Of a DNA stretch of 64,000 nt, positions 12,801-26,000 are shown in pieces; position 1 is the stretch's first letter; each line of letters starts with the position of its first letter. The position numbers and the translations under genes are program-made. The notes below the pieces were generated by a model, which was not told the origin of the DNA, did no database searches, and was given only the letters and a program-made list of their open reading frames with translations. This DNA comes from Amoebidium appalachense (lineage: Eukaryota > Protista > Ichthyosporea): positions 10,442,161-10,506,160 of the forward strand of contig CAVNZM010000001.1 of NCBI GenBank assembly GCA_963693365.1, given 5' to 3'.

Positions 12801-13072
12801 GAAAACGATAAAAATAAGAGAGTATTTAGAACCATTTTGAGTAGGTCTGTTAGAGGGTGATGGGAGTATTGTTGTGAGAAAAAACAGAAAAAGTAAGGTT
12901 TTATTTGTGGAAATTATTGACATAAATATTTTTCTGGGTAAACACGTAGGATGGGTGTCCGATATCAACAGGCTTCGTTTCATGTTTTAGCAGTTCGCGT
13001 TCGGCTGCCCGCATACGGGCACCTATTAGCCGATCAAAGCATCAGATTCCACAGATCACTAGACCGAGTTTG

Positions 13073-13147
13073 ATTGGCTCAGGATAAGATTTCACATAAC
13101 ACTAGATCGGTTTTGATTGGCTCAGTTCGGCAGCCTTAGGTATATAA
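13073..13147 (+). promoter_or_regulatory. Putative Pol II promoter in repeat A: two reverse CCAAT boxes and a TATA box
   Basis: ATTGG at 13073 and 13116 inside a duplicated CACTAGAYCG..TTTGATTGGCTCAG unit; TATATAA at 13141, about 125 bp before the gag ATG (13268). The TATA and proximal box are present in all A copies. Confidence 0.6.
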
Positions 13148-13267
13148 GCACGACAGTTTTTAGCAGATCAGCAAGCAACAACACATCCTCTGTGTTTAGC
13201 ACCTACAGCTTTACAGCTATATTTTCTTTTTCTTTTCTTCTCCCTATCTTTCCCTACGCCGGTCAGC

Positions 13268-13827
13268 ATGCCGCCGAAAAAGCGCCAGGCCTCAGCCGCC
13301 GCCCCTACCGCGGCACCTAAGCGCCTAACCCGCAGCGACCTCCGCCACAGGCTGACCAACGCATCACTCGCCTCAGCACCCGATACCCGTGGACCCAGAT
13401 CCACAACTATGACGTATACGCCCGAACCGTTGCCCACCAACAGGGTCGGGCTCCGATCGAGTGTCCCAACCTGCTCGCCCAACTCCACCAGGATCTCCTC
13501 CTGCCACCCACTCTGCTCATCCCGGACGCATGTCAGCGTTGCGGCTTCCCCGACCACCCCAGCGCGGCCTGCCCCATGTACCCCAAGCCCGGCTGTGGTC
13601 TTGATGGTTTCGAGCCCCCCCACAAGCCCGGCGGGGGACAACCCCCCAACCGACCCGGCCCGCAACCCGGCCCGGCACCACCGGCCCGACCCGTGGATCT
13701 ACCCGCAACACCCTGCAGGAATTTCCACAACGGTCGGTCCTGCGCTAAGCAGCCCTGCCCCTTCTCCCACGTGTGCCCGCTCTGCTCTGGCACACACCCC
13801 CGCAAAGACTGCAAGCACAATGCCTAG
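13268..13827 (+). pseudogene. gag-ZnF of copy 3, 1-nt frameshift relative to copy 1
   Basis: AACGCATC here versus AACGCCATC in copy 1; copy 2 has the same deletion. Confidence 0.75.
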
Positions 13828-14206
13828 TCTACGCGCACACCCACACCCACAGATAGAACATAGGGGCTAGGAGCTAGGTTACACGGGTCCAAGGACACGG
13901 AGCTCGGGAAAAACGGGGCACTAGGGCTGAGTAACATTTTTCGCAGGCCAACTACGGCGCCCGCGCGCGCCAAGAATAAATGTCCCTACACAAAGACGTT
14001 ATTCTGGCCACTGCACATAAATTTACTCCCCCCCCCATCCCACGAGCCTCCCCCCCTTACACTCACCTAGCGCTCCCTCCCTTCTTCTAACTCTGTGTAC
14101 GCCCACACCCGCGCGTGCTCGGGCATCCCCTGCACAGGGCCCCGCTGCCCTCCCTGCAAACCCTCCCTCGGGCCCAGCTGCCCTACTCTAACCCCCCGGG
14201 GCCCTG

Positions 14207-14245
<39 letters not shown>

Positions 14246-14599
14246 ATGCCGGGATCTCCCCGAGGGTGCCCCACCCTTGCTAACCACCCCTTCCCCCGAG
14301 GCTCAGCCCCGGTGGCCCGCCCGCTGCCCCAGCACCACGTTGACACCTCCCGCCTCTGGGAGCTGCTGGCCCCCCTACCCAGCCCAATCATTCGCCGCGC
14401 AGCTCCTCCGTAACCAACTTCCCCGGACCCGACGACTCCGACCTTACCTGCAACCGGAGCCCTGCCCCTTCCCCTTCTGGGTCCACAAGTTCCTATCCCT
14501 TCCCCTGGGCTCACCCCCCCCCCCCCCCCCCCCCCCCCCAGATCTCCCCTTCCGGAGCAACGCTGGCCGATTGGCCCCCCACTTTGCTCCGGCCGAGCT

Positions 14600-15614
14600 G
14601 CTTCGTGCCACCACTACCCTGCAGGAATGCCAGGCCCTGAGTCTCAACCTCGACTCTCGGGCCTTTTACTCCAGGGTACAAAAAAAAAAAAAAAAAGTGT
14701 TCATCGATTTTTGTGTGGCATCTCGGCTGCAATCCTCCGCCGGGTCCTCCCTCCCGGCCTCCCCCCACACCGTGCAGCTTTTTCTCGCCTGGTGTGCCCA
14801 ACGAGGGGTACAGGCCTCTTCCTTGGCCGGCTACAATTCAGCCATCACCAGACTCCACCTCGACATGGGCCTCCCTGCTCCCTACCCCCACGACAAGTCT
14901 CTGGCCTGGTTCTTCCGAGGGGTGGGCAGATGGCAGCTTTCTCACAACATCCGACCCCGATCATCCACCAGGGAGCCCCTCCTGCCCTCCCACCTTAGCC
15001 TACTCCATGGCCAGTGCCCCACCAAGGCCTCCTCGGCTAATCTACGGCTATGGACGGCCCTCATCGTCGGTTTCTGTGGTCTCCTCCGTTCGGGGGAATT
15101 TACCTCCAAAACCCTGACTTCCTTTGACCCGTCCCGTCACGTTAAACGGAAAGACGTGACCTTCACCTACACCCCCACCGGTACTTTGTCCCATGCCACC
15201 CTCCACCTGCCAACCTCTAAGACGGATGTACAGGCCCGAGGTGTCAACGTCACTCTAGCTGCCCTGCCCCTCACCCACTTCTCCCCAGCCCATCTCCTCC
15301 GGCAGTTCCTGGATACAACGTCCGGTCAACCCAACGACCCCCTCTTCAGTCTCGGTGGCATCCCCTACACCAAGAGTGCTTTCTCTGCCGACTTCCGTGC
15401 CCTCCTCTCCCGGGCAGGCCTCTCACCCTCCCGGTTTGCCGGACACAGCCTCCGCATCGGGGGGCCCACAGCACTGGCTGAGGCCGGGGTCGACGACTCC
15501 CGGATCAAACAACTCGGCAGGTGGTCCTCCGACTGTTTCCTGATCTATACCCGACTTCGTCCGGCCTCCATTGCTGCCACTACCACACGTGTATTCGCCT
15601 CTATTCTTAAGTGA
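14600..15614 (+). CDS. Tyrosine recombinase (copy 3; start uncertain)
   Basis: ALSLNLDSRAFYSRVQK..VFIDFC N-terminal helix is in frame with the full catalytic domain. Confidence 0.92.
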
Positions 15615-16364
15615 AACCTTTGGAGCAAGCATACTGCTCTCGTGCCGTGGTTTACAACCATTGCAGGTTCACTTTCGTCCAAGGGGATGTCCCCCTAGAG
15701 GCAACACACGTCCCGGAGTAGTTTTCATAGAGGTTTTATTTGTGGAAATTATTGACATAAATATTTTTCTGGGTAAACACGTAGGATGGGTGTCCGATAT
15801 CAACAGGCTTCGTTTCATGTTTTAGCAGTTCGCGTTCGGCTGCCCGCATACGGGCACCTATTAGCCGATCAAAGCATCAGATTCCACAGATCACTAGACC
15901 GAGTTTGATTGGCTCAGGATAAGATTTCACATAACACTAGATCGGTTTTGATTGGCTCAGTTCGGCAGCCTTAGGTATATAAGCACGACAGTTTTTAGCA
16001 GATCAGCAAGCAACAACACATCCTCTGTGTTTAGCACCTACAGCTTTACAGCTATATTTTCTTTTTCACCCACCCACCTACACCCTACACTCAACCCCCA
16101 TTGATCCCCACATACGTGCTGTTTTTTCACGGGGCGAAGACTTCCCCCGTTTTTTGGGCACAAGGACCTCACGGATCAATAAATTGATGACTGGGGGCTT
16201 GCCGTGGTTTACAACCATTGCAGGTTCACTTTCGTCCAAGGGGATGTCCCCCTAGAGGCAACACACGTCCCGGAGTAGTTTTCATAGAAGTACTTAAGAC
16301 TTTAGAAGTTTCAAGCATATAGCGAGATTTCGTGTCATTATTAATGAACACAGGCCTATTATTG

Positions 16365-16378
16365 ACCATTCCAAGATA
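16365..16378 (-). CDS. cox1: cox1 exon 10 (14 nt, YLGMV)
   Basis: G|TATCTTGGAATGGT fills IFG-YLGMV-YAM exactly. Confidence 0.9.
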
Positions 16379-16684
16379 CTAACAGTATATACTGTTTGGA
16401 CTATATATTTTATTGAGTAGAATTACTCCTATTTCTGTCATTAAAAATATCTACTATAATAAACAAACGTATAGTCTCTGAAGTTCCTACTAACATACTA
16501 GATGTGTTGGTTACTTGCGGGTTGTTGGCACTTATGTAAATTTTTACTCCTATTCTACCATAAATGGCACTATGAAATTCATAGAGTTAGTATCATATAA
16601 GTTTTTGATCCGTCAATATCAAACCAAGTTCTCGCATACAGTTTGTTGCAATCCCATAATTACTATATGAAAAGGGCCATCTTG

Positions 16685-16760
16685 ACCGAAGATCGATTTA
16701 TGAGAATAGTGTTGTACTACGTGAGAAAGAATACCGAATGCTGGAATAATAAGAATATAA
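16685..16760 (-). CDS. cox1: cox1 exon 9 (YILIIPAFGILSHVVQHYSHKSIFG)
   Basis: Follows HPEV in frame. Confidence 0.95.
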
Positions 16761-17266
16761 CATGGCATCAGATTTATCATACCAATAAATTGACATGGGT
16801 GTAAATTAATAAATACCCAGTTACCTGTCTCTTTAAAGGGTTAGAAAGGACTCTGACTTGATAATTTCTTTCGAAATCCATTAGAGTACACCTTAAACAA
16901 GAGAACTCATCTCTTCTCTTGTCAACTACCGTCTACTCGTTGCTCTTTTACAATATTAAGAGTCTCTAAAGAGCCTTCTCGCTAAGAAACTTTCTTATGC
17001 TTTTTGAAAATTTCTCCTTACTCGTACAAGGTGAATTTTGAATCTGGGGATTCAAAACTTGTTGAGACTCTAGTACGAACTCTAAATACTGACTTAGATC
17101 CGCGATATTCCATTTCTCTTTCGATCATCTTTTGAATTATTACCATACATGATTGATTAGATCATCCACTCTTAACCTTTCGACTAAAGTTTGGTACCAA
17201 AAGCTTTAGGAGGTCCCCGGAATTTGATAGTTGTAGGCACGCGAGTGATGTCCTAAATCACAAAGC

Positions 17267-17277
17267 ACCTCTGGATG
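17267..17277 (-). CDS. cox1: cox1 exon 8 (11 nt, HPEV)
   Basis: G|CATCCAGAGGT; phases match both neighbouring exons. Confidence 0.9.
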
Positions 17278-17808
17278 CATACTTTATTTTTAAAGTACGG
17301 ACCATATCTTTATCTAAGCTTGATAACTATGTCATTTACATAAAAAAATTATTTCATTTATGATGTAAGCGACATCTAATTGAGTTACTACCAGATCTTA
17401 ATTTAACCTTACCACCATAAACATTCTGAATAACGTAAAGACAATCTTCATCTCTTACATCTACGGTAATCTCAAGACTACCGTAACCTTTTTGATAAAT
17501 AAAACCCACCATCTCCATCAATGAGTCCAGCTAATCATTGCTTGAATTTAAAGTTTTTCTTTATCTCCAGTTATATAGTTATCAGTTGATACCGAACGTA
17601 TGGTCTCTGAGATTCCTACTAGCGCACTTTGCGCTTTGGTTATCTGCGGATTGTTGACATCTATTGGAATTTTTACTCCCACGGCTATAGAAAAATAAAC
17701 TTCTGTGATTAGTATTCAATAGATTTTTTAGTTGAACTAAAGTCAAGTTCCCGCATATAGTTCGGTGCGATTCCTTGTACACTAAATACAAAGAAAGGGC
17801 CATGCCTG

Positions 17809-17819
17809 ACCGAAGAATC
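17809..17819 (-). CDS. cox1: cox1 exon 7 (11 nt, WFFG)
   Basis: G|GATTCTTCGGT completes T|GA TTC TTC GGT. Confidence 0.9.
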
Positions 17820-18342
17820 CAATCTTCTAAATCTTAGATTTCATGTCAAACATGTCTCTTTCTAAGATCCCTGTACTATCTCTAGAGCGACATCCTCCCA
17901 TATTTCGGTCTTATGGGTTTCGTTACTCTTTCATTGATAGCCTTGTGTGAGTGTCCTCAAGAAAATCCGACTGTACATTAAGCACCATTTCAGGCACCCA
18001 CAAGTGACCCAGTCTGTAGCGACACCTTAAATTGCCGACGGTCTTTGAGCGAGATACTCATTAACCGTTTTCACTTGCATTGCCAAGAATAGATGGGGTT
18101 AAGTAAACTTTCATATATTCTCCAAGTTAGCGCTGTCACGCTAAGCTTATGCCTCACTCCTATGCTAAGAAAGGAGCATCTTCTTCTCTCTAAGGATTAC
18201 TAAGATACTGGCTATAAGGACTAGAAGAAAGATTTCCATAGAAAGTCTTGTGGAGTATTCTCCTTAAATCTTTAAAACATCTGCTTCCTATTTCTTCTTC
18301 CAATTGCTTGGAAACTTCCTCCTGTTTTCCGTAGGGAGCTTA

Positions 18343-19223
18343 TTATTTAGGATTATTTATTTCTCTGGCTAATACTTTTAAAGAGTCTCTCAACGATAAA
18401 TCAAGATGTTCTTTGTTTAATAGCTTTTCATGCAATGCTTTTCATAATAGATAACTTTTGGCTTTTTGACTACGTAATTGATGTTTGTCAAAATATGGAA
18501 AAACTTTGGTTACATCTTTTAAACCAGATATTCTGTAAGAATAAGTATCAGGATGACCATGCTTAGAGACTGTACCTGCAGAGAATAAGAAATTTAAATG
18601 CTCTAATACATATTTATTCTTACTGTGTTTTTGAGTTACACCATAATAAATAGTAAAGCCTGAAGATTTTTTAATACTCACGCAAAAACAACCTTCACTA
18701 TCTGTAAAGCCACTAATTCAACTATCCTGTAACGTTGGAACTCTTGGTGTTAAAGAAGTCATTATAATTTCAGGATACTTTGAATTACCCTTTTGATTAT
18801 ATCTATTTAATTTATGTATAAACTTGGTAAAACTTTCTATTCTACTTTGAACTACTAAATTCCCATTAAAAAGAAGTCCCATTAAATACAACCCCTTCTT
18901 GTCTTGAACTACAAAACGAGATGCTGTTGCTCCTTGTTTTATAACTTTTCCTATACCTAAATTTTTTTGAATCATATATAGGACGTTTATATCACTAGTC
19001 TGCTGTGTAATAATAAATGAGATGTCTCCTCGGTTTGCCACAGTGAAACATCCATCACCTTCTGTAAACCCTATTAATCAAGTTAAGAATGAGGAATTGG
19101 GTGCTTCTTTACTTAATAGTCGTTTATACTCTTCATTAAATGGAGTAAAATTAAATGAATTTGAAACTTCTTTCTTGTGTGTATCGCCTAGATGATTATC
19201 TAAAGATAAATCTACTCCCTGAG
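18343..19223 (-). CDS. LAGLIDADG endonuclease/maturase of intron cox1-709, in frame with the upstream exon
   Basis: [12 protein letters not shown] and [12 protein letters not shown]; three listed ORFs merge when TGA=W. Confidence 0.9.
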
Positions 19224-19317
19224 AGAAAAGATGTTGGAAAAGAACAGGATCTCCTCCACCAGCTGGATCATAGAATGTTGTGTTAAGGTTTCTATCTGTT
19301 AATAACATTGTAATTCC
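19224..19317 (-). CDS. cox1: cox1 exon 6 ([31 protein letters not shown])
   Basis: Highly conserved Cox1 motif. Confidence 0.97.
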
Positions 19318-19424
19318 CTAATCTTGATTCACGAGAACGAATCCCATGACTATTAAGTCTCAAAAGTTTATATATAAACTTAAGGTGAATACTCATCTGC
19401 TCACACAGATGTTGGGACTATATC

Positions 19425-20474
19425 TTAATCATTTATGCTATAGAAAGAAGATAAATGGTTTCAAGTAAAAGCTTTACGTTTGTTATTCATCCCCGATTTG
19501 ATTCTTATAATAAAATCTTTACTAGTAATATCTTTATGCTCGCCTGTTTTAAAAAGAGCTAACACTTGTAGCCAGTCTAAGTAATCTAAGTATTTACTGC
19601 TGAAAAGAGGATATTGCTGTAAATACTGTTCTAATACAAGATTCCCCGCGAGGCTGGTTGTTCTAATACGGTATTCAGGAAGTTTCTTAGTTTTTCTATT
19701 AGCTATTGAGACCTTAGTCAATAATAGAGCAGCTATAGGCTGAAGAAATTCCAGATGGCTTTCACCGTTAAGTCCAGTCAAGGCCTGAGAAAGCTCAATT
19801 TGACAACCCACACGAATAGTTTTACTATTCTTATTAATAGAAGCTCGAATGGCAAAATGGCCCTCGGCATCTATAAATCCGGATAATCAAGCACTACTAG
19901 TAAAAGAATCAAAGTTTCTTGGTAACGCAATAATGTTAATATCGGGGAATCTATTGTTTAATCATGCTATCAATCGATTTAATGCTGAAACTTTAGGTGT
20001 TTTCATGTTACCGTTTAATAATGCCACCATTAATAATAAACCGTTAAAGTCATTAATAATTAATATGTAAGCTTTTTTCCCTTTTTTCTTTGAGATAGAA
20101 CCACAACCTAATACTTTTTGAATTTGGAAAGCTAAAGGAAGATCTTTAGAATGAAAGCTAATTTGAATTGAGGGATAATTTAATCTTCCTTTTTGGGAAC
20201 AAACGGTTGTGGGTACTACAATGGTACCATCGCCTTCAACTAAACCAGTTAAATACTGAGAGAATAAATTAGAATATTGTTTATGTGAGTTTAGTGAAAA
20301 TGGTATCTCAAAGAATAGGCCATCTACCTTGCGGTGAACCGCGCGAAATAATAATAAGGATCTATAGCTAATGAAGATTGGCGTATAGTCTCTGAGGATC
20401 CTATTTAAGTTCAAACGAAAATAGTTTCCTGCTGATTGTCTCTGAGTATCAGAGAGGTTCCAGCATATAGCCAA
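19425..20474 (-). CDS. LAGLIDADG endonuclease of intron cox1-615 (start approximate)
   Basis: YLTGLVEGDGT and WLSGFIDAEGHF motifs; continuous with TGA=W. Confidence 0.9.
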
Positions 20475-20501
20475 GTTTAAAGCAGGCAGAATTAATGGGT
20501 T

Positions 20502-20623
20502 ACCTGCTAATACTGGTAATGATAATAATAATAAGAATGCTGTAATGAATACTGCTCAAACGAATAATGGTAATTCATGCATTCCCATTTTAGGTGTTCT
20601 CATGTTAATAGTTGTTGTAATGA
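20502..20623 (-). CDS. cox1: cox1 exon 5 (FITTTINMR...LPLFVWAVFITAFLLLLSLPVLAG)
   Basis: Conserved Cox1 sequence. Confidence 0.96.
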
Positions 20624-20864
20624 CATTAAATAGATAGAAATATTATATTCCTACTATTATGGACTATCTCTTCAACATATCAAATACTAGATATGAAGTA
20701 CAACGTATAGTCTCTGAGGATCCTACTAGTGCACAGTAGCACGTTGGTTTCCTGCTGATTGAGCTTAACCAATAGCATTATGACCTTCCGGTATCTATTG
20801 ATACTAAGTTGTTCCAGCATATAGTTATATTTTTATATCAACCCCATTTATATTTTAAATTATG

Positions 20865-22212
<1,348 letters not shown>

Positions 22213-22420
22213 TCATCAAAACATGAAATATGCTTTGTTCCACGTGTAGTCTCTGAGGATCCTACTAATAAATGTTTCATCTACTTTAGTATCCTGCTGG
22301 TTGACCATTGCAATTCGCTATCCTTAAGATTGTTACTCTTACATTATCTAAGAGTACCTAAGGCTTTAGGTGTTTCCAGCATATAGTGGAATTTAAGAAC
22401 TGCCTAACCACTTATAGTAA

Positions 22421-22434
22421 ACAGTTCATCCTGT
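22421..22434 (-). CDS. cox1: cox1 exon 3 (14 nt, TGWTV)
   Basis: G|ACAGGATGAACTGT completes GAG-TGWTV-YPPL. Confidence 0.92.
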
Positions 22435-22902
22435 CCTAATTAGCATCAATGATCCAATTCCACTAAATAACTTCAATCGAATTTAGTACGTTGTGAATTC
22501 ATTGAGTTTTTCAATTCTGTTAGTTGGGTTGTACCCTGTTTCGATCTATACTGGAATCCCTTGTTCAATGCACAAACCTCTGCAAAGCATTGATAATCTA
22601 ATCGTTTAGATGAATATAATACTAACAGTTGAATACTTAATCTTGCTAATCATGGACTATATCTTCATCCTATATCACAGATATACGTGACAGGAGCAAC
22701 ACGTGTAGTCTCTGAGGATCCTACTAATAGATCTTTATCTACTTTGGTTTCCTGCTAATAGTACCTCATGTTTATCATTATTACTCCTACTAGTTATGAA
22801 CTAATCGAAGTAGATAACATTATGCATTCTTCAATGCTGCGGCAGTTTCTAGCATATAGTGTTGTTCGAAGAAAGATTGCTCTTTCGACGGGCACTAATG
22901 GT

Positions 22903-22993
22903 ACCCGCACCTTGTTCTACTAATGCCGATGACACTAATAGAATTAAAGATGGAGGTAATAATCATAAACTAATGTTGTTTAAACGTGGGAAT
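22903..22993 (-). CDS. cox1: cox1 exon 2 ([30 protein letters not shown])
   Basis: FPRLNN motif. Confidence 0.96.
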
Positions 22994-23048
22994 CGATTAA
23001 TCTTCCTATTTTACTAGAAAGTTGGACTATGTCTTCATCCTATCTCAC

Positions 23049-26000
23049 TCTATGAAAACTACTCCGGGACGTGTGTTGCCTCTAGGGGGACATCCCCTTG
23101 GACGAAAGTGAACCTGCAATGGTTGTAAACCACGGCAAGCCCCCAGTCATCAATTTATTGATCCGTGAGGTCCTTGTGCCCAAAAAACGGGGGAAGTCTT
23201 CGCCCCGTGAAAAAACAGCACGCATGTGTGGATCAATGGGGGTGAGTGTGGGTGTAGGTGGGTGGGTGAAAAGAAAATGTATAGCCGTAAGGGCTGTAGG
23301 TGCTCAACACAGAAGATGTGTTTGTAGCTTGCTGATCTGCTGAAAACTGTCTTGCTTATATACCTAAGCCTACCGACCTGAGCCAATTGAAAATCGATCC
23401 AGTGATATGTGAATCTGAATCGAACCAATCAAAATCGGTCTAGCGATATGTGGAATCTGATGTTTTGATTAGCTAATAGGTGCCCGTGTGCGAGCGGCCA
23501 ATCGCGAACTGCTAAAACACGAAACGAAGCCTACATGGTTATGTCAATATCGAACACCCATCCTACGTGTTTACCCAGAAAAATATTTATGTCAATAAAT
23601 TCCACAAATAAAACCTCTATGAAAACTACTCCGGGACGTGTGTTGCCTCTAGGGGGACATCCCCTTGGACGAAAGTGAACCTGCAATGGTTGTAAACCAC
23701 GGCACGAGAGCAGTATGCTTGCTCCAAAGGTTTCACTTAAGGATAGAGGCAAATACACGTTTGTTAGTGGCAGCCATGGGGGCCGGCGAAGTCGAGTATA
23801 GATCAGGGAACAGTCGGAAGATCATCTGCCAAGTTGTTGGATCCTGGAGTCGTCGACCCCGGCCTCGGCCAGGGCTGTGGCCCCCCCAATTCGGAGGCTG
23901 TGGCCGGCAAACCGGGAGGGTGAGAGGCCTGCCCGGGAGAGGAGGGCACGGAAGTCGTCAGAGAAAACACCCTTGGTGTAGGGAATGCCACCGAGACTGA
24001 ACAGGGGGTCGTCAGGTTGACCGGATGTCGTATCCAGGAACTGCCGGAGGAGATGGGCTGGGGAGAAGTGGGTGAGAGGCAGGGCAGCTAGAGTGACGTT
24101 GACACTTAGGGCTGTACATCCATCTTGGAGGTTGGCAGGTGGAGGGTGGCATGGGACAAAGTACTGGTGGGGGTGTAGCTGAAGGTCACGTCCTTCCATT
24201 TCACGTGACGGGACGGGTCGAAGGAAGTCAGGGTCTTGGAGGTAAATTCCCACGAACGGAGGAGACCACAAAAACCGACGATGAGGGCCGTCCAAAGCCG
24301 GCGATTGGCTGAGGAGGCCTGGGTGGGGCACTGGCCATGGAGTAGGCCGAGGTGGGAGGGCAGGAGGGGTTCTCTGGGAGATGATCGGGGTCGGATGTTG
24401 TGAGAAAAGCTGCCATCTGCCCACCCCTTGTAGGAACCAGGCGAGAGACTTGTCGTGGGGGTAGGGAGCCGGAAGTCCCATGTCGAGGTGGAGTCTGGTG
24501 ATAGCCGAATTGTAGCCGGCCAAGGAAGAGGCCTGTACCCCTTGTTGGGCACACCAGGCAAGAAAGAGCTGCACGGTGTGTGGGGAGGCCGGGAGGTAGG
24601 ACCCGGAGGAGGATGGCAGCCGAGATGCCACAAAAATCGATGAACACTTTCTGCACCCGGGAGTAGAAGGCCCGAGAGTCGAGGTTGAGACTCAGGGCCT
24701 GGCACTCCTGCAGGGTAGTGGTGGCTCGAAGCAGCACGGCCGGAGCAAAGTGGGGGGCCAATCTGCCAGCGTTGCTCCGGAAGGGAAGATCGGGGGGGGG
24801 GGGGGAGGGGAGGGGGGGGTTGAGCCCAGGGGAAGGGAGAGGGCATGTGCCGGAAGGCAGCCTGCACGTCTGCCACTGCCATGTAGCAGCCGGGGCCTGC
24901 GTCGAGAATGAGCTGGGGTCCCGGGCTTGTTTTTGTAGTAACGGCGCCGATGGGGGAGGAACGGAGGACCGGAAACTCAGCAAGGAATTGGTCCGGGAAG
25001 AGGGTGGCCGCGCTGGTGGCCGAGGGGGGGCTGGGCCTCCGGGTCTGAGCCTCGGGGGAAGGTGTGGTTAGCAAGGGTGGGGCACCCTCGGGGAGACCCC
25101 GGCAGCCGGGGGGGGGGGGGGGGGGGGGGGGCAGCAGGGCCCCGGGGGGTTTAGAGTAGGGCAGCTGGGCCCGAGAGAGGTTGCAGGCAGGGCAGCGGGG
25201 CCATGTGCAGGGGATGCCCGAGCACGCAGGGATGCGGGCGGACACAGAGTTAGAAGGGGGGGGGAGGGAGTGCTAGGTGAGTGTAAGGGGGGGGGGGGGA
25301 GGCTCGTGGGATGGGTGGGGAGTAAAATTATGTGCAGTGGCCAGAATAACGTCTTTTGTGTAGGGACATGTATTCTGTGGCGCGCGCGGGCGCCGTAGGT
25401 GGCCTGCAAAAAAATTTGTACTCAGCCCTAGTGGCCCGTGCTCCCGAGCTCCGTGTCCCTGTACCCGTGTATCCTAGCTCCTAGCCCCTATGTTCTATCT
25501 TGTGTGTGCGGGCAGCTGGGCCCGAGGGAGGTTGCAGGCAGAACAGCGGGGCCATGTGCAGGGGATGCCCGAGCACGCGGGGATGCGGGCGGACACAGAG
25601 TTAGAAGGGGGGGGGGGGGGGGGGGGGGGGGAGGGAGTGCTAGGTGAGTGTAAGGGGGGGGGAGGCTCGTGGGATGGGTGGGGAGTAAAATTATGTGCAG
25701 TGGCCAGAATAACGTCTTTGTGTAGGGACATGTATTCTGTGGCGCGCGCGGGCGCCGTAGGTGGCCTGCAAAAATTTGTACTCAGCCCTAGTGGCCCGTG
25801 CTCCCGAGCTCCGTGTCCCTGTACCCGTGTATCCTAGCACCTAGCCCCTATGTTCTATCTGTGTGTGCGGGCAGCTGGGCCCGAGGGAGGTTGCAGGCAG
25901 AACAGCGGGGCCATGTGCAGGGGATGCCCGAGCACGCGGGGATGCGGGTGGACACAGAGTTAGAAGGGGGGGGGGGGGGGGGGGGGGGGGGGGCTAGGTG

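Larger units (their letters stand above)
12897..16288 (+). mobile_element. RT-less YR element, copy 3 (A1 12897-13232, B1 15643-15731, A2 15732-16067, C 16068-16199, B2 16200-16288)
   Basis: 336-bp A and 89-bp B direct repeats. The internal B1|A2 junction CATAGA|GGTTTT equals the fused element ends. Confidence 0.94.

Noticed and set aside
15643-15731. Hammerhead ribozyme in repeat B (antisense GGACGAAA next to a hairpin)
   Set aside because: No CUGANGA core at the required position.
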